From Podarcis vaucheri (lineage: Eukaryota): a stretch of DNA of 64,000 bases. A program made the translations under genes and the position numbers. The notes under the pieces were generated by a model. It worked only from the letters and a program-made list of their open reading frames with translations, ran no database searches and was not told where the DNA came from. Positions 40,681 through 54,661 of this stretch are shown in pieces (position 1 is the first letter of the stretch; each line of letters begins with the position of its first letter). The stretch is taken from NCBI GenBank assembly GCA_965113315.1, contig OZ220373.1. One strand, written 5' to 3'.

Positions 40681-43386
40681 TGCGTAGTTTCAGGCCTTAC
40701 CCTTCGGCAGGAGCACTTAAATTTGCAGCGTGTGCATTTGGTTTTCAAATACTGGTCCATGGCAACATTTAAATTAACAGCTAACCTGCCCAAATGAAGA
40801 CAATATTATCTGCGAGGCTATTGTGCCTGCAGAAAGGTGGAAACTGAATGCAATCCTGCACGGTAATCAGATACTGAAACATTGCACGGGAGAGGAATGC
40901 AGCCAGTAAATTGTGACAGGGGTCTGGTTGGAATCACTAAATCTGTGAATCATCATAAAACTTTTCTTTCTTTCTTTCTTTTTTGTTGATGGGGCGGGGC
41001 AGTCAATCAAGGCAAAAATTACCCTGAAGAAGCTCTGGTGCAGGATGTGATTGCAGCTTCAAGTCAAAGCATGCCAAAATGCATTTATCCCATTTGCCAG
41101 GCAGGCAACCCCTGCGATTCCTACATCAGAGCAATCTATTCCAAGTACCACTTCAACAAAGCACATCTACAGAGTCATGACATTCGAGTTCACAGTTCCA
41201 GAGAGGTGGCTGTGTTGGCTGTTGCAGCAAAATCAACCAAGAGACTTGTGGCAACTTAATGACTTGACAGATATTCTTATGGCACTGGCTTTTGTTGAAC
41301 ATACTTCATCAGATGTCATGATCTTGAGTTTGGGGTATGCATATAAATGGTTGGAGGTGGGAGACTGTAAACTGTGAGGTCAGGAGGAAATCAAATGCCA
41401 GAAGTACAGGTGGCATATTTTTAAATTTTATAATTAATAGTGGACGTTCACTGGTGACCATGGACCTCCAATGTTAATGAGAAGCATGGAAAAAAGCCAC
41501 CATGGAGCAGCTCCCATGGCACTAAAGATGAACAGTCATGGCTATGGAGGGAGAATTGAATCCTTTCCTCCCCTGATGTGGTTTTGAGGAAAATCCCTCA
41601 CCTGAAGAGGGGGGAAATCTCCTATTGGCGAGTGCCTCCTGCATAGGTGGGTGGGAAATGGAAAGAGGCAAGATGTCGTCACCAGCAACATCTGTTTAGA
41701 GCTTCTCCACATATGTCAGAGTCACCTACTGACCTGCCAAGACACTAACAATAGGGATATGGCCACTTCTGCATCCCTAACAAGTGCACAGTTTCTTAAT
41801 GACACCAACATCACTGTGCAATACAGATGCTTGTTGTTGTTATTGTTGTATGAAGGCATTAGGATATTCAGGTCCAGTTACCAGAAGCTTCTCCTTCCAG
41901 TTTCCAAAGCACTTTGTGTTTCTCCTCTGGAAGTTGCCCTATGCCATGGTGAAAATCTACATCACCTCCATCCCATCCCAACTTCTCCACCTTCTGCATA
42001 TAAACCTCAGAAAATGTGGTCCTCCCGGAGGCTATTTAAGACCTGTGTGTCTTGAGGGAAGGTGGAAGGCAAGATGTCCAGGTCACTAAGCTTGTACCTT
42101 CAGCTCCTGAAAAGACCACCAGTCAGCTTGAGAAGACTCTGTTGCTCTACATTTTATATTATTTATATGTTTTAGAAATGGCAGAAAGACAGAACAAACA
42201 AATGAATAAAATGAGGAGTTTCCTGCTGTTGCCTTTGGAAGTGCAATTTTCATCAAAACCACCACAGGGGAGGAAATGGTTGAACTATAATTATAGCTGG
42301 TATTTTTTAGCATAAGCAATGTATATTAATATAATGTTCTGGGCACACCTATGCAATTTTGTCTGAACCTACTCTACTCATTGTATAGATTGTATCAGGG
42401 TTTCATTCAGGATTTCCTGAACCTTTGGGAGCCAGAGGCACATTTGGAATTCTAAGGTTGCGGGCATCACAAAATACCCATTTTACAAGGGTAAAATTCT
42501 GACAAAATTCAGAACCATCACAAAAAACCACACACCTTCAAATCCAAATAAAATATTGCAGGAGGGACAGACAACAGCCCCCCCCCAAAAAAACCCCCAC
42601 TTTAAAAATAAAATTGGGGTGGACAGAGAAGCTGGCAGGTGCCACAGGGGTGTCTAAATTAGAATTCATCTTCTGTTAGCATATACTTCATGAAAACTAT
42701 CTATTGGTAACCTTGGGAATGGCAGAAATGACACTCAATAATTTTTGTCTTTAATTTGCTTTGCTACGTCTAGCACGAGACCTCTAGGAATTAGCACTGA
42801 ACACATGATGAATTTCAAAATTGAGTTCCAGCCTCCAGGGAAAACAGGTCCAGGGAAAAGATGGCTGAAAGGCTTGAGACAATTAACAAGTCGTCTGCTG
42901 TACATTTAATTCACACACACACACAAACACATGCACAAATGAAACTGGGTTGAGCATTTCTCTCAAAAGGTTTGGTGGTGCCAATATGTATCCTTAAACC
43001 TCTAAGTGGATTGGAAAGCAAATACCTGAAGGAGCCCCTGTATTTGGGTTTTTCTCCATGTTCCATTGCCTAGCACAGCCTTTGTCTACTGTGGGTTTTT
43101 AGATGTTCTTTCACTACAACTCCCATCATCCCTAGCCATCCCTAGAGAGATTATGGGAGTTGTAGTTCAAAAACATTGGGGTAGGGGGCAAGCTTGAGAA
43201 AGGCTGGGTCCAGGCCTCTTTGAATGGTGCTTCAAACTCCCTTCTGACCACCCCCTCACTGGTCCTGCTTTGTAGGCTGGAATGTGCCCTTAATTAATCA
43301 AATTTGTCTTAATTGTTTAACCAGTTCTACTGTTGATTGGTTTTAGCTGCCTTACTCTGTTAAAACTGTATGTTTCTCATGGTGTG

Positions 43387-43388
<2 letters not shown>

Positions 43389-43423
<35 letters not shown>
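43389..43423. repeat. (GAT)n microsatellite
   Basis: Read directly from the sequence. Confidence 0.9.
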
Positions 43424-43426
<3 letters not shown>

Positions 43427-43860
43427 CACCCTTTATAAAGAGTTCCTAAGGTGCTGTACAACATTAAGAACATATTTTATGGAACACAATAATAAAAACG
43501 TAATAAAAAGCATAATAACAGACAGTATAATAATAAAATAATCATAGTAACAGTCCCCCACCCCTCTCCCACAGCTTTAACAGGACATAGAATTATTTAA
43601 TGACTGAAGGTCTGGGTACAGAAGAATGTTTTTGCCTGGTGCCTAAAGACATTTAATGATGTCGCCAGGCACATATCTCTGGGGAGAGCATTCCACAGTT
43701 GAGGAGCCACCACAGAAAAGGCCCATTCTTGTGTTGCCACACCCACCCACCCAAACCTCTCAGGGAGTGGGGACATAGAGAAGAGCCTCAGATGACAAGC
43801 ACAAGGTCTGTGTTGGTCTGTGTGGGGGAAGGTGGTCCTTAAGGTATTGAATTGCTGAGC
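43400..43860 (-). mobile_element. L2 LINE 3' fragment
   Basis: Minus-strand translation WAFSVVAPQLWNALPRDM...FRHQAKTFF is typical of the L2 ORF2 end; microsatellite tail. Confidence 0.7.
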
Positions 43861-43926
43861 TCTGTGGGGCTTTATTTGTTGCATCCCGTCCTGCTATCCG
43901 TACGGATGCAAGACTGCTTACAAATA

Positions 43927-44176
43927 CAGTCGTACCTTGGATCCAAAACGCCTTGCAAGTCGAACATTTTGGCTCCTGAACGCCGCAAACCCAGAAGTGA
44001 GTGTTCTGGTTTGTGAACGTTCTTTGGAACCTGAAAGTCCCATGCGGGTTCCGCAGGTTCTGATTGGCTGCAGGAGCTTCCTGCAGCCAATCGGAAGCCG
44101 CACCTTGGTTTCCAAATGTTTTAGAAGTCGAACGGACTTCTGGGATGGATTCTGTTCAACTTCCGAGGCACGACTG
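43927..44176. mobile_element. Tc1/mariner-type MITE, family B
   Basis: TIR CAGTCGTACCT...AGGCACGACTG with TA TSD; internal hairpin gattggctgcagga-gct-tcctgcagccaatc. Confidence 0.8.
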
Positions 44177-44979
44177 TATTTTTATTAAGAATGGGAGAAG
44201 CAGGAGGTGGTGGTGGAAGAGTAAACCCAAGCTGTGAACCTGAGTTTTCAGGGGCAGTGTAACCCCATCCACCATGGGATGGATCCCTATAACCCAATCT
44301 GCCTTTTGACTGACCATGAGCAGCTCTGGCTTGTCTCAGTCGAGCTTCACTCTTATCCAGTCCATTACTGACACTGGTTTAGCACCAAAACACCCTCTGA
44401 TTTAGACAGCCTTCAACTGGAGGTACTATGGGTCAAACCTTCATTATGAAGCATATTTCTCTAAACAGCATGTGGGCCTGTAGGGGTGGGAAGGAACTGG
44501 TTGTTTTCGTCAAATAATCCTTAGCCAGCGATTTTAAAAATAAATAAATCAAGGAGGAGCATATGTATGTTGGTGGTCTGCTAACCGTTACCTCTGAAGG
44601 GACTCGTCACACAGAGCTGCAAAACTGCTTTCCAAGCCCAACCAAGTTTTAATAGTGGAGCTCCAGCAGCAAAAGGGACTAGAAAAAGCCCTGTGTGCAC
44701 AAATTAGCAATAGTAGTATTTTCCACCCACTACTGAAAAGTTGGCAGAGGGGCAGGCTCAGTGGTAACGTATGCAATTGCTGCGTTGCACTTTCTGTGTC
44801 AATGCTTCAATGTGTGTCAGCAAACTAACAGAGAACTGGTGTTTGCAGTGTCAAAACACGATGCATAAGCAACACAGGACCTGTAGAAGAAGACTTTTTT
44901 GTACTTTCAAATGAAACAGGGGTTGCTATGCCTGTTATTCACCATGGATGTGTTCAGAAATGATAACTGAACCCAGGCA

Positions 44980-45434
44980 CAGTGGTTTTCAGCCAGTCAG
45001 CCGTGGCACCCTGGAGTGCCCTGAACGATAGACAGGTGTCCCTCTTTCCTTCATCCCTTTCTTGTGTCTCTTGTGTTGCTACTTCCCAAAGATTTGCACA
45101 GCTGTTTGTTGCAGCAGCCCTGGCTACCAGCTCCCCAGGCAAATGATGCCTCTGGGGCAAGCCAGGGAGTGCTTCCCAGGCCCCAGTGGGGAAATGTGAG
45201 GAGGCACTTCTCTTTGGGGCAGGGGCTTCATCAGCTGCTGCCCAGAGGACTCCCAAGGACGGGGTAGAGGAGAAGAGGCTGAGGGAACATTCCACAAGGG
45301 ACGGTGTTTGAAAAAGGGTGCCAGCCCTACAGGCAAGGAGTGATATAACTGGGCTCCTGAGCCCCACAGGGGTGCTGCAGAAAGAACGCAGTTGGTCAAG
45401 GGAGCCGTGGACTCAAAAAAGTTGAAAACCTCTG
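44980..45434. mobile_element. Non-autonomous hAT-like element
   Basis: TIR CAGTGGTTTTCAGC/GTTGAAAACCTCTG; GC-rich interior; no clear TSD. Confidence 0.6.
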
Positions 45435-48052
45435 CTCTAAAGCATCAAGAAGACCTCTATATCACTGCTGTTGCCAGTAGTATGGAGGAGGAATTTCTTC
45501 GGCATGCTTTTTGCAGTAGTAGACCAACCCGATCTAAAGCTCCCAAACTTGCTTGAAGATGAGGACACAGCTCTCATTGCACATTTAGCCAGATTTGCAA
45601 TACACACACACACAAGCATGGACACACACACACACTTTACTTTTAAATTGCATTCAGAATGCATATATTACAGAACACATATTTTTCGTAAAATATGTGT
45701 ACAGAATCTGTACAATTTAAATGCAGACCTTGTTTATTATTTATTTATGAGAGTCTTTCTAAACCGCCAACTCATTAAAAAAAATCATGTTGGTGTACAA
45801 TAAAAACATTAAAACATCATAATAATCATAAAATATGGAACACATGACCAAAGAGGAATCAGATTAATTCTCTGAAAACTCTTGGCAGCACAGAAATGTT
45901 TTCAGTGGGTTACAAAATATCAAAACCATAGGTTTCTGTCTGATTTGTAGCCAGTGATAAGTAGGAAACGGGCTACAGCTCAGTGGTAGAGCATGGGTTT
46001 TGAGTCCAGAAGGTTAAATCTTAGTGTCTCCAGTTAAAGGTATAGGGGAAGAGGACCTCTCAGTCTGAGGCCCTGCTGGTCAACACAGAAAAGATTAGCT
46101 GAGGTCAGGCTTCTCCATCTTGTTGCCCTCCAAAAAATTTTGACTTCTACTCCTATCAGTCCCAGCCAACTTGCTGGAAGTCCAAAACACCTGGAACACA
46201 ACAGGAAAGCAGGGCTAGATGGACAAATAATCTGCCCAAGCATAAGGTAGCTTCCTATATTGCTAAGTTTCAGGGCTAAAGCAACTGAGAGCTCCTTTTC
46301 AATTTCAGCTTCTGCCTGCCCATTAAATATAAAATCAATATTGATCAGATTGCTTGTTTGTTTGTTTGTTTTTTAGTTTTACAAAACAAAATCTCACATC
46401 ATGGCATTATACGGGCATCCTCAAAATTTGGCTTTAGTTCTCTCTCATACCTTCCTCATCTCTTTCTGAAACAAACTTGGCCTGCCCACAGATACTACGG
46501 CCATCTCTGTTTTCCTCCTCTGTCCTACCCCACAAACATACAATGCTGTCATTTCTCACCAACACCCTCCTGAGCAGATTTGGGACACTATCTCTCTAGC
46601 TTTGATAAGTACCAGTCTGAGCTGCTCCCGTTCTCAGGAATCCCTTCTTCCCCCTTAAGGAGACATGCACAGTCCTCATGAACAGTTATTCTCCCTCTCT
46701 TCCTGTGTTTGCCTGTCTCTGAGGTTAGGATATTGAACTTTCACTGAAATACAAAGTAAGCTCAATGCACAAAAAAGATCCATGTCTGATGGTAGATTCC
46801 TGTCATAGGCAATTTTTGGGTATGAGGAGGAGGTTGCTGTAGATAAGGCATTTCTTTTTTTATTCAGGTTGTTCTTTTTTCACCCAACTTCCAGGATACG
46901 ACATTTGCTGCAAACTCTGAAAGACCTGCCGCAAATCTCAAAAGCAACGTCAACTGCTCATCCGTATGTTCCTGGCAAGGTCATTTACAGTATATAGATT
47001 TATCCAAGTCTAGAAAGCTCAATATTCTGGAAGAAGGAGGAGCTAGAGGTTTGGGGAACATGCATATGAATGTTCCCAAACGCATGCATAATTTAGTTCC
47101 AGATGTGCATGTAGAGAGCCACAAATATTCCCCATCCTCCCTTAGACCGACATACATCAATGCCCCATTCCAGCAAACACAATCTGCATACAGAAAGAGG
47201 GTTCTGCAACTAAATCCGCTGTACTCACTTTTCCAAGGAAACCTACTGTGTCCTTGGAGGACTAAGTCCAGAAACATGTTTCACAAACCACATTTCTGTG
47301 CATAAAAATATAAGAGCCATTCATACAGAATGTGTAATATAGGAAAGGTGCAATTCTCACATTTTACAGTGTCGGGGAAAGATGGCGATCCAGCAGCACT
47401 GATACCTACCCTTTTTATGATCCGCACAGTTATTTTTATGACTAACTATTAGGTTAACCACTTAGGCTGCAGCCCTTTAGATAATTTTCCCTGCTATATT
47501 CCACTGAAATTAATGGGACTTCTGCAGGTGTAAATTGTCTGAAGGTCTCAGACTAATTTATAGCGTCATGGCCATTTTTAGTAGCGCAATATCAATCAAT
47601 ATAAGCTGGAAATGTTAATTGAAGGCAGACCTCACTCCTTGTTCTCTCCTTGGGGAGAAAGCGAGAAGGGCATGAGCAAGAGGGATTTTCTAAGTTAAAA
47701 TTCGTTTTGCAGCACATGCTGTTGTTGTGAGGCACAAGATAATCCCTGTCATTTCTGAAACTGAACAATAGTGCTTTTATGCTTTCTGTGCATACTAATT
47801 GATGTAGTAGGAGACCAGGAATGTATTATTATTTCAGTAAGTAACAGTAATACAGGTGTATCAACATTGCTTTTCCAAAACATTCTGAGTAACTGTGAAG
47901 TCTCTGTGTATGTTGACAGCAGAACAAACTTCCTTGGAAGGTTTGGAAGATTGGAAGGCCTTCTTTAAGGTTTTCAACCTGAGTCTGGGAAACCACCAAT
48001 GAGGGATGCTGTGGCAGCCAGCATTTCCAGCACTATGGTTCTATTAGAAACC

Positions 48053-48527
48053 TACTACCAACAAAGGTCCGTATAGTTAAAGCTATGGCTTTCTCAGTAG
48101 TGCTGTATGGAAGTGAGAGCTGGGCCATAAAGAAGGCTGATCGCCGAAGAATTGATGCTTTTGAATTATGGTGCTGGAGGAGACTCTTGAGAGTCCTATG
48201 GACTGCAAGAAGATCAAACCTATCCATTCTTAAGGAAATCAGCCCTGAGTGCTCACTGGAAGGACAGATCCCGAAGCTGAGGCTCCAATACTTTGGCCAC
48301 CTCATGAGAAGAGAAGACTCCCTGGAAAAGCCCCTGACATTAGGAAAGATGGAGGGCACAAGGAGAAGGGGACGACAGAGGACGAGATGATTGGACAGTG
48401 TTCTCAAAGCTACCAGCATGAGTTTGACCAAACTGCGGGAGGCAGTGGGAGATAGGAGTGCCTGGCGTGCTCTGGTCCATGGGGTCATGAAGAGTCGGAC
48501 ACGACTAAACGACTAAACAACAACAAC
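48053..48527 (+). mobile_element. BovB (RTE) LINE 3' fragment
   Basis: Encodes YGSESWAIKKADRRRIDAFELWCWRRLLRV... and ends in a (CAA)n tail. Highly similar to 10385-10740. Confidence 0.92.
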
Positions 48528-49916
48528 ACTATGAATGAAAAAGTATTTAAGAAGTCAAGGCCCAAATCTAGTTTACGCTCACACAAGTGCATATACTTGC
48601 CCAAAGTAATTATTTAAACTTGAGTTTTCTTTGACCAGCTAGCTCCAATGTCATATCACAATGCAGTTTGGAAACCTAAATCTAAAGAACTCTTGGACAG
48701 ACAACACTTCTTTGGGCCTTGGTTAATAAGAGTTATCGCACCAGGCAGTGTCACATAAGGAATGCAACATTTTGAAATTATTAATGAGGACTGTGCGAGG
48801 ACGAAGGAAAACCATTCTCGCAAAGTGTTTCTAAATTTTATTTATTTACTTATTTAGAAGATGCACAGACTGCTTGATCAAAATAAAACACAGATACAAT
48901 CCACACAGCAATTAAAAAAAGAAAATATCCATCATTAAAAACACAGATAAAATTGGTAAGACTCTTCAAACAAATACCAGTAACTAAGGATAAGCTATTA
49001 ATCAATGTGCATGAGTTTAAGCCAGAAAAGTATTCCTTTTAAGCCATAAATAAACTGATTCTTATAAGGCTTATTGTGATAAAGGAGGAACCATGACTTA
49101 GTGGAAAAGCACATGCCTGAGTAGAATGCGTCCTTAAATTCTGTTAACGCTTCTTGCCTGCCTGGATGGAAGATGGAGGGTGTGTGCAGACAACAGCCTG
49201 CACTACGAAGGTAAAATGCGCCCCTCAGAAGTGCCCAAATGAGAATGTGCAGCTCAAGCTGCAAAAAGGGTCGACATTCCTGGTTTAAGACATGCAAACT
49301 TGTGTGTTGAGTATTTTGCTTTTCAGTCCAGTTGAGAATGGCTGGGGAAACACAGCCAGATGGGCAGGGTATAAATCATAAAACTATTATTATTATTATT
49401 ATTACTATTACTATTATTGTATTAAGGTCTAGTTGCCTAAAGGAATATCCTTTAAACATATGAATGGACCCCACCAATGGTCAGCTTCTGGATACATCTA
49501 CAATTTTCTGGCAGCAACAGAAGCAAAACCAGTTCAAGCACTCATCTGAAACCAAAATACTTGCACAGGTGGAAGTAGAAATAATAATAACGAGATGTCG
49601 GTATTCATAATTTGGTAGTATCATTGTGGTTACCATCACAATGTACCAGTGAGTAGTGTCACACAAGAAAATCACAGGGTTTCTACCAAGGGAGCCTTTG
49701 TGCAAGAGAAAATGGAGACATGCAGCTCCAGCGGCACAACTGGATTGTGAAAAAATACGTGGAACCATTCAGACAAAAGATCTGTCAGGCCGCTTACATA
49801 ATCATTTCTTAATTGGATATTAATTCCCTGTAGAATGGCACGTTCTCTTTGGACTTACTTTGCAAACAAATAAATAGAATCAATTTATTCACTCTGCCAT
49901 AGGGTGTGTGCACATA

Positions 49917-49996
49917 CAGGGTGAGTCTTTTAAAAGAGGCCCCATGGAACATGTGTACTCTGTACCCAGGGGGCCACTTTTAAAGGACTCACCCTG
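49917..49996. mobile_element. 80-bp hairpin mariner-type MITE
   Basis: ~30-bp near-perfect TIRs CAGGGTGAGTCYTTTAAAAGWGGCCCC with TA on both sides. Confidence 0.8.
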
Positions 49997-50740
49997 TATA
50001 TGTATGCATACACATACATGCACGCGGGTGTCTATTTCGGGCATCCGAAACCCACCTAAACTCATGCTACAAACATTGTTAGGCTTTAAGGTGCCCCAGG
50101 AGACTCTTGATATTTCCTTTGAGCAGACTACCAGGGGACAAAGAAACTGGCCTTTGATGGTGCAGCTTATATAACACCTGCAAAATCTTGTTCCATCAGA
50201 ACACAAAGCAGTGATGGAGCACAGGAGCCCTGCAGCAAAATAGGCAAAGCAAAGTTGCTACAAATCAAAGCACAAGAAGAACTACAACACCAACAAGGAA
50301 AAAAACAAACCCATTATGTATACCACCTAAAAGAGCTTATGGATTAAGTGGTTTATAAATCTTTTTAAAAGCCACCAGGATGCCAAAAGAAAAACAGTAA
50401 TCCAGCAGCGGCCACTACGTTAGTCATTGATCTTTGCACAATAAACTGCTTTGAGGGTTTTTTTTTTCCTTTTACAATCAAGAAGTGTATACATTTTATC
50501 AAACAACCAAACAAATATTACTACTACTACACACAGGAAATATAGGACCACAGCCTATATATAACCAAAATGCATATAATTGCAGGTGACTATTTTCTAG
50601 ATATTTTGGACTAGACAACATTTTCCCCCCCCCATTTCAATACCACCAATTCCTATAAAATATGTATGTTATACATACATTTACTGTACTCCTGTAGCCA
50701 AGAAAGCCTGAAATGTTTCCTTAGAGTACACTGTTAAATA

Positions 50741-50964
50741 CAGTGGTACCTCGGGTTAAGTACATAATTCGTTCCGGAGGTCCGTTCTTAACCTGAAACT
50801 GTTCTTAACCTGAAGCACCACTTTAGCTAATGGGGCCTCCTGCTGCTTTTGTACCGCCACTGCACAATTTCTGTTCTCATCCTGAAGGTATTATTAACCT
50901 GAGGTACTATTTCTGGGTTAGCGGTGTCTGTAACCTGAAGTGTATGTAACCTGAGGTACCACTG
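50741..50964. mobile_element. Tc1/mariner-type MITE, family A, orientation 2
   Basis: Same TIRs and TA TSD. Confidence 0.88.
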
Positions 50965-53867
50965 TATATGGTCACTTTGTGCTATGTAAATTATTTTGGT
51001 TTTCTCTTACTATTTTGTGGTTCCACTCTCACCCCAATTGCTAATAATTTAGCAAATGGAAACTTGCTGGAAATGGGGTGGGGTGGGGCAGGGGCTACAG
51101 AAGGAACATTTGTTCCTCTGCTCTACTCCATTCTCACAATACTGCCTCCCTCTCCTGCAAACAGCCCCCTGTGAATTGTCACACATGAAGCCAAACACCC
51201 CGCACTGCACAGGCACACCTCCTACTGTCTCCCACAAAAAGGAACCCTCGCATATAGGTCCTATTTTCTATGTTTCTTCCACATCCTCATCCTACTCATG
51301 GCTCCTTCTTCTTCTTCCTCATCCCATTTGCCAGCCCAGAGAGCGATAGCCAGGAGCAGATGAATTAAATACCAGTTTGCTTGCTCTGTGGTCAGGAGGC
51401 TCAGCCCTAAGATGATGAGTTGATGCTTGGATTGAGCTGGTAAATGAAGTAGCATGAGCTTTCCACCAGCCCCTCGCTTAACCAGCTGCTTCAGGAGCAG
51501 GATCACTTCTAACACATACAGCAGGGGATGTTATGCTGATGGAAACAAATGAAGCAGACCTGCATGCCTGGTCACCAGCTCAACGCAAGCCTCTGCTGCT
51601 CAGGGCTCAGATGGAGGGAGTACTCAGCTGTTTCAGGCTCTGGGGAGAGCAGTGGAACAGAGGAAGCTGCCTTCTACATCTAGCTAGGTATTGTTGACTC
51701 TCACTGCAACAGCTCTCCAGGATTTTTTTTTTTTTTAAAGGAGGGACATTCCCAGCCCTACCTGGAATCTTCTCCATGCAAAACAGATGCTTCCCCAACC
51801 TGATTAAGAAGCCAGCTCTGGAAAGCATTGACCATGGATTAGCACTGGTGAAGGTGTTTAACATTAACCATGGTTCAGCCTGAACCATGAAGTGTTGCAA
51901 GATTTGCATCTGAGAGGGAATAAATGCATGGCACACACCAGGTCTTTCTTAAATTGTCTTGGTTTCAATGGGACTCAGCGCTTCTTATACAGTTATCTTC
52001 CACTGAGATATGTGGCACATAGATTTGCTCCTGTAGGTGCAATTCGTTGGGTTGCGCCCACCAATCAAGAGGACCAGAACAAGTTGGAATGGGTGGTTTC
52101 ACTTAAGAGTTACTAACGGAGTGTCCAGGAGAAATACCCCACAATAGAGCAAATCTGTATTAACAGCAAAATGAGTTGCAAGGTTTTATGAATCAGCATT
52201 CATCAAATTTCAGGGGGGACGGGGACAGAGCTAGTTATTTCAAATATTATATGAAACCAGTGAAGATGCCCAAACACCATTATGGCATCTGTAGTCGCCA
52301 TCATCTGGAGGTACATGCCTGGGGATCACTGGATCTTGACTGTTTTCACACACTAACAACGCATTGTGTAGAATTCTACCTATGATATTTTATCTGTACA
52401 ATCATAACGAAATTCAATAACAAAGTATTGAAAAATATGAATTTTGAGCTGTCTAACCCCATAATGGCAACTATACATTCTGTTTGGCAACTGTAATCCT
52501 GGTTTAGGGAGCCTTTTAGCACCTAGCTCATGTATCTGAGTTTCTAACACTGTGTAATGAAACCAAATGATACGATGGAAGTCTGTGGCTATGGAGGGGA
52601 ACAAAAAGTCTATGCTATATCCACTCCTCCCAGGTAACATCTGAGGTCACAAGTCATGCATCTCTCCCATGAGGATCTGTGCAAGTCCAGGTACACATTT
52701 AGCTTAGGGAAGATATCCATGTTACCACTTCACACCCTTGCATGGAAACATGGAAAGAGGAAGCATGAATTAGCCACACATCCTCCTTTCTGCAAGCCCA
52801 GTTAATGTCCAAAGATATGCGAAGATCACATTCTATTCTTTGCAATATATCCTTTCTCATGTGCATGAATAATACCAGTGCCTATTAGGTATAGGAACGT
52901 CTTTCTTAGGAAGCCACATTCCCAATTTTAAATGCACAAGTAGGCCACTTCAAGAAACCCATGGAAATTTCCACCCTTCGCAGACAGACATATTGTTGCC
53001 CTCATCCAGATACAACCTTGCTCTCTCACCATTCATCTCTCAGACTCAACACTATGCATTTTCTAAGAAACCCTATTAAACCCATACGCAGGTCCCTTCA
53101 ACCTTCTAGTGCGGGCAATGAAATCCCGGCAAGATGGAGCTTCAGGTGGATCAAAACCAGGTTGGCAGGAAAGCTGGAAGATAACAGACAGGGGACGTAG
53201 ATTGATCTGGAACTGATTTTATTCAGCACAGTATGTATCATCAGCACAACTCATTTCATTTCTATCAAAATTCATTTAGTTCATAAACATAGCATCCAGG
53301 TTGATTTACATTCTATAGTAAGTGTAGAAATTTAATCTGGCAATTATGCATGAAGGTAACTTTGCTAGTATGAAGACTAAGGCTATATCCAAACACAGTT
53401 GCTTCGTGCCTATATGAGACACAAGAACTGTCAATGGAACTACATACCAAAAGATTCATTCACAAATACAAAAGTGGTTCTCAAAAAATGCTCCATAGTG
53501 TTGGGTCTGCAAGATGGACCCAGGTTCCTGACAGTGGTCAGTTCTGAAGTGTTAAGCAGGTTAAGCACAATGCCAAACTTGTTGTTTCACTGTGTGTTCC
53601 CATTCATTCATTTTCTTGAATAGTTCATTGTTGCCAGCCCAGAGCAGATCCCAAATAACTGCAAGGGCAGAACTATTCCATACTCCAGTTCCTTTTTGTA
53701 CACATGCAAAATACATGGTGCCACCATCAAGATATACGTGTGGTGACATAAAGTCTATACCCTGGCCTTTGACACCTGACCCACCCTATTCAATTGACTG
53801 TAAATTGTTCAAATTTAATTTAATCTTGTATTTTTATGCTGTTGGAGCTCACTTTGGGACCTTATAA

Positions 53868-53928
53868 GGATGGGATGGGATGGGATGGGATGGGAAGGGA
53901 AGGGAAGGGAAGGGAAGGGAAGGGGGGG
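53868..53928. repeat. (GGGAT)n(GGGAA)n pentanucleotide repeat
   Basis: Read directly from the sequence. Confidence 0.9.
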
Positions 53929-54397
53929 ATCAGCAGCAACCACCACCACACAGATGTGTTGGCTTGATCAGGAAAATGACAGGGTACCGATTCCATTTTC
54001 ATGACAGTAAACGCTGATCATTTTAGCATACACATACATAGCATTCACAACCGACAACACTACACACACACTTTCAAAATAGCATACCAGAATGAAAACC
54101 ATAGTTCAGCCCTAAGAATCTCTTCGCATAATTGCTCACTTCCATTTTTTCAGTGAGACTCCCAGAGGTAAGGCAGCTCATTGGAATAGTATTTTGTGGC
54201 CATTTGTCTCTGTCCACAATCACCAGGACGTACTGATTTCCTTAATTTCTTAAACATGCCAATACACTATGTATCCATTGTTTCTGCAAAGCACAGGCCA
54301 TAAATAAGCTTTCCCCTCAAATTTGCTTCTTTTTCTTTTTCTTTTATTATGTATTTTGTATTCTCATTGTGTATTTTTCTGTTGTGAAGCACCCTGG

Positions 54398-54420
54398 GAT
54401 GATGATGATGATAATAATAA

Positions 54421-54451
<31 letters not shown>

Positions 54452-54469
54452 AAGAAGAAGAAGAAGAAG
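54398..54469. repeat. Compound (GAT)5(AAT)3(AAG)16 microsatellite
   Basis: Read directly from the sequence. Confidence 0.9.
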
Positions 54470-54609
54470 AAAGGACAGCTGAACTGACTAGTATATATTA
54501 AAATGCCAGCACTATCATAGATTAATAAAGACAGGCACTGAATTACCACCAACTGGTAAAGCTCAAGGACTGTTTACTAGACACCACTTTCTCACATCAC
54601 CTCCACAAA

Positions 54610-54612
<3 letters not shown>

Positions 54613-54656
<44 letters not shown>
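54613..54656. repeat. (TA)n microsatellite
   Basis: Read directly from the sequence. Confidence 0.92.
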
Positions 54657-54661
<5 letters not shown>

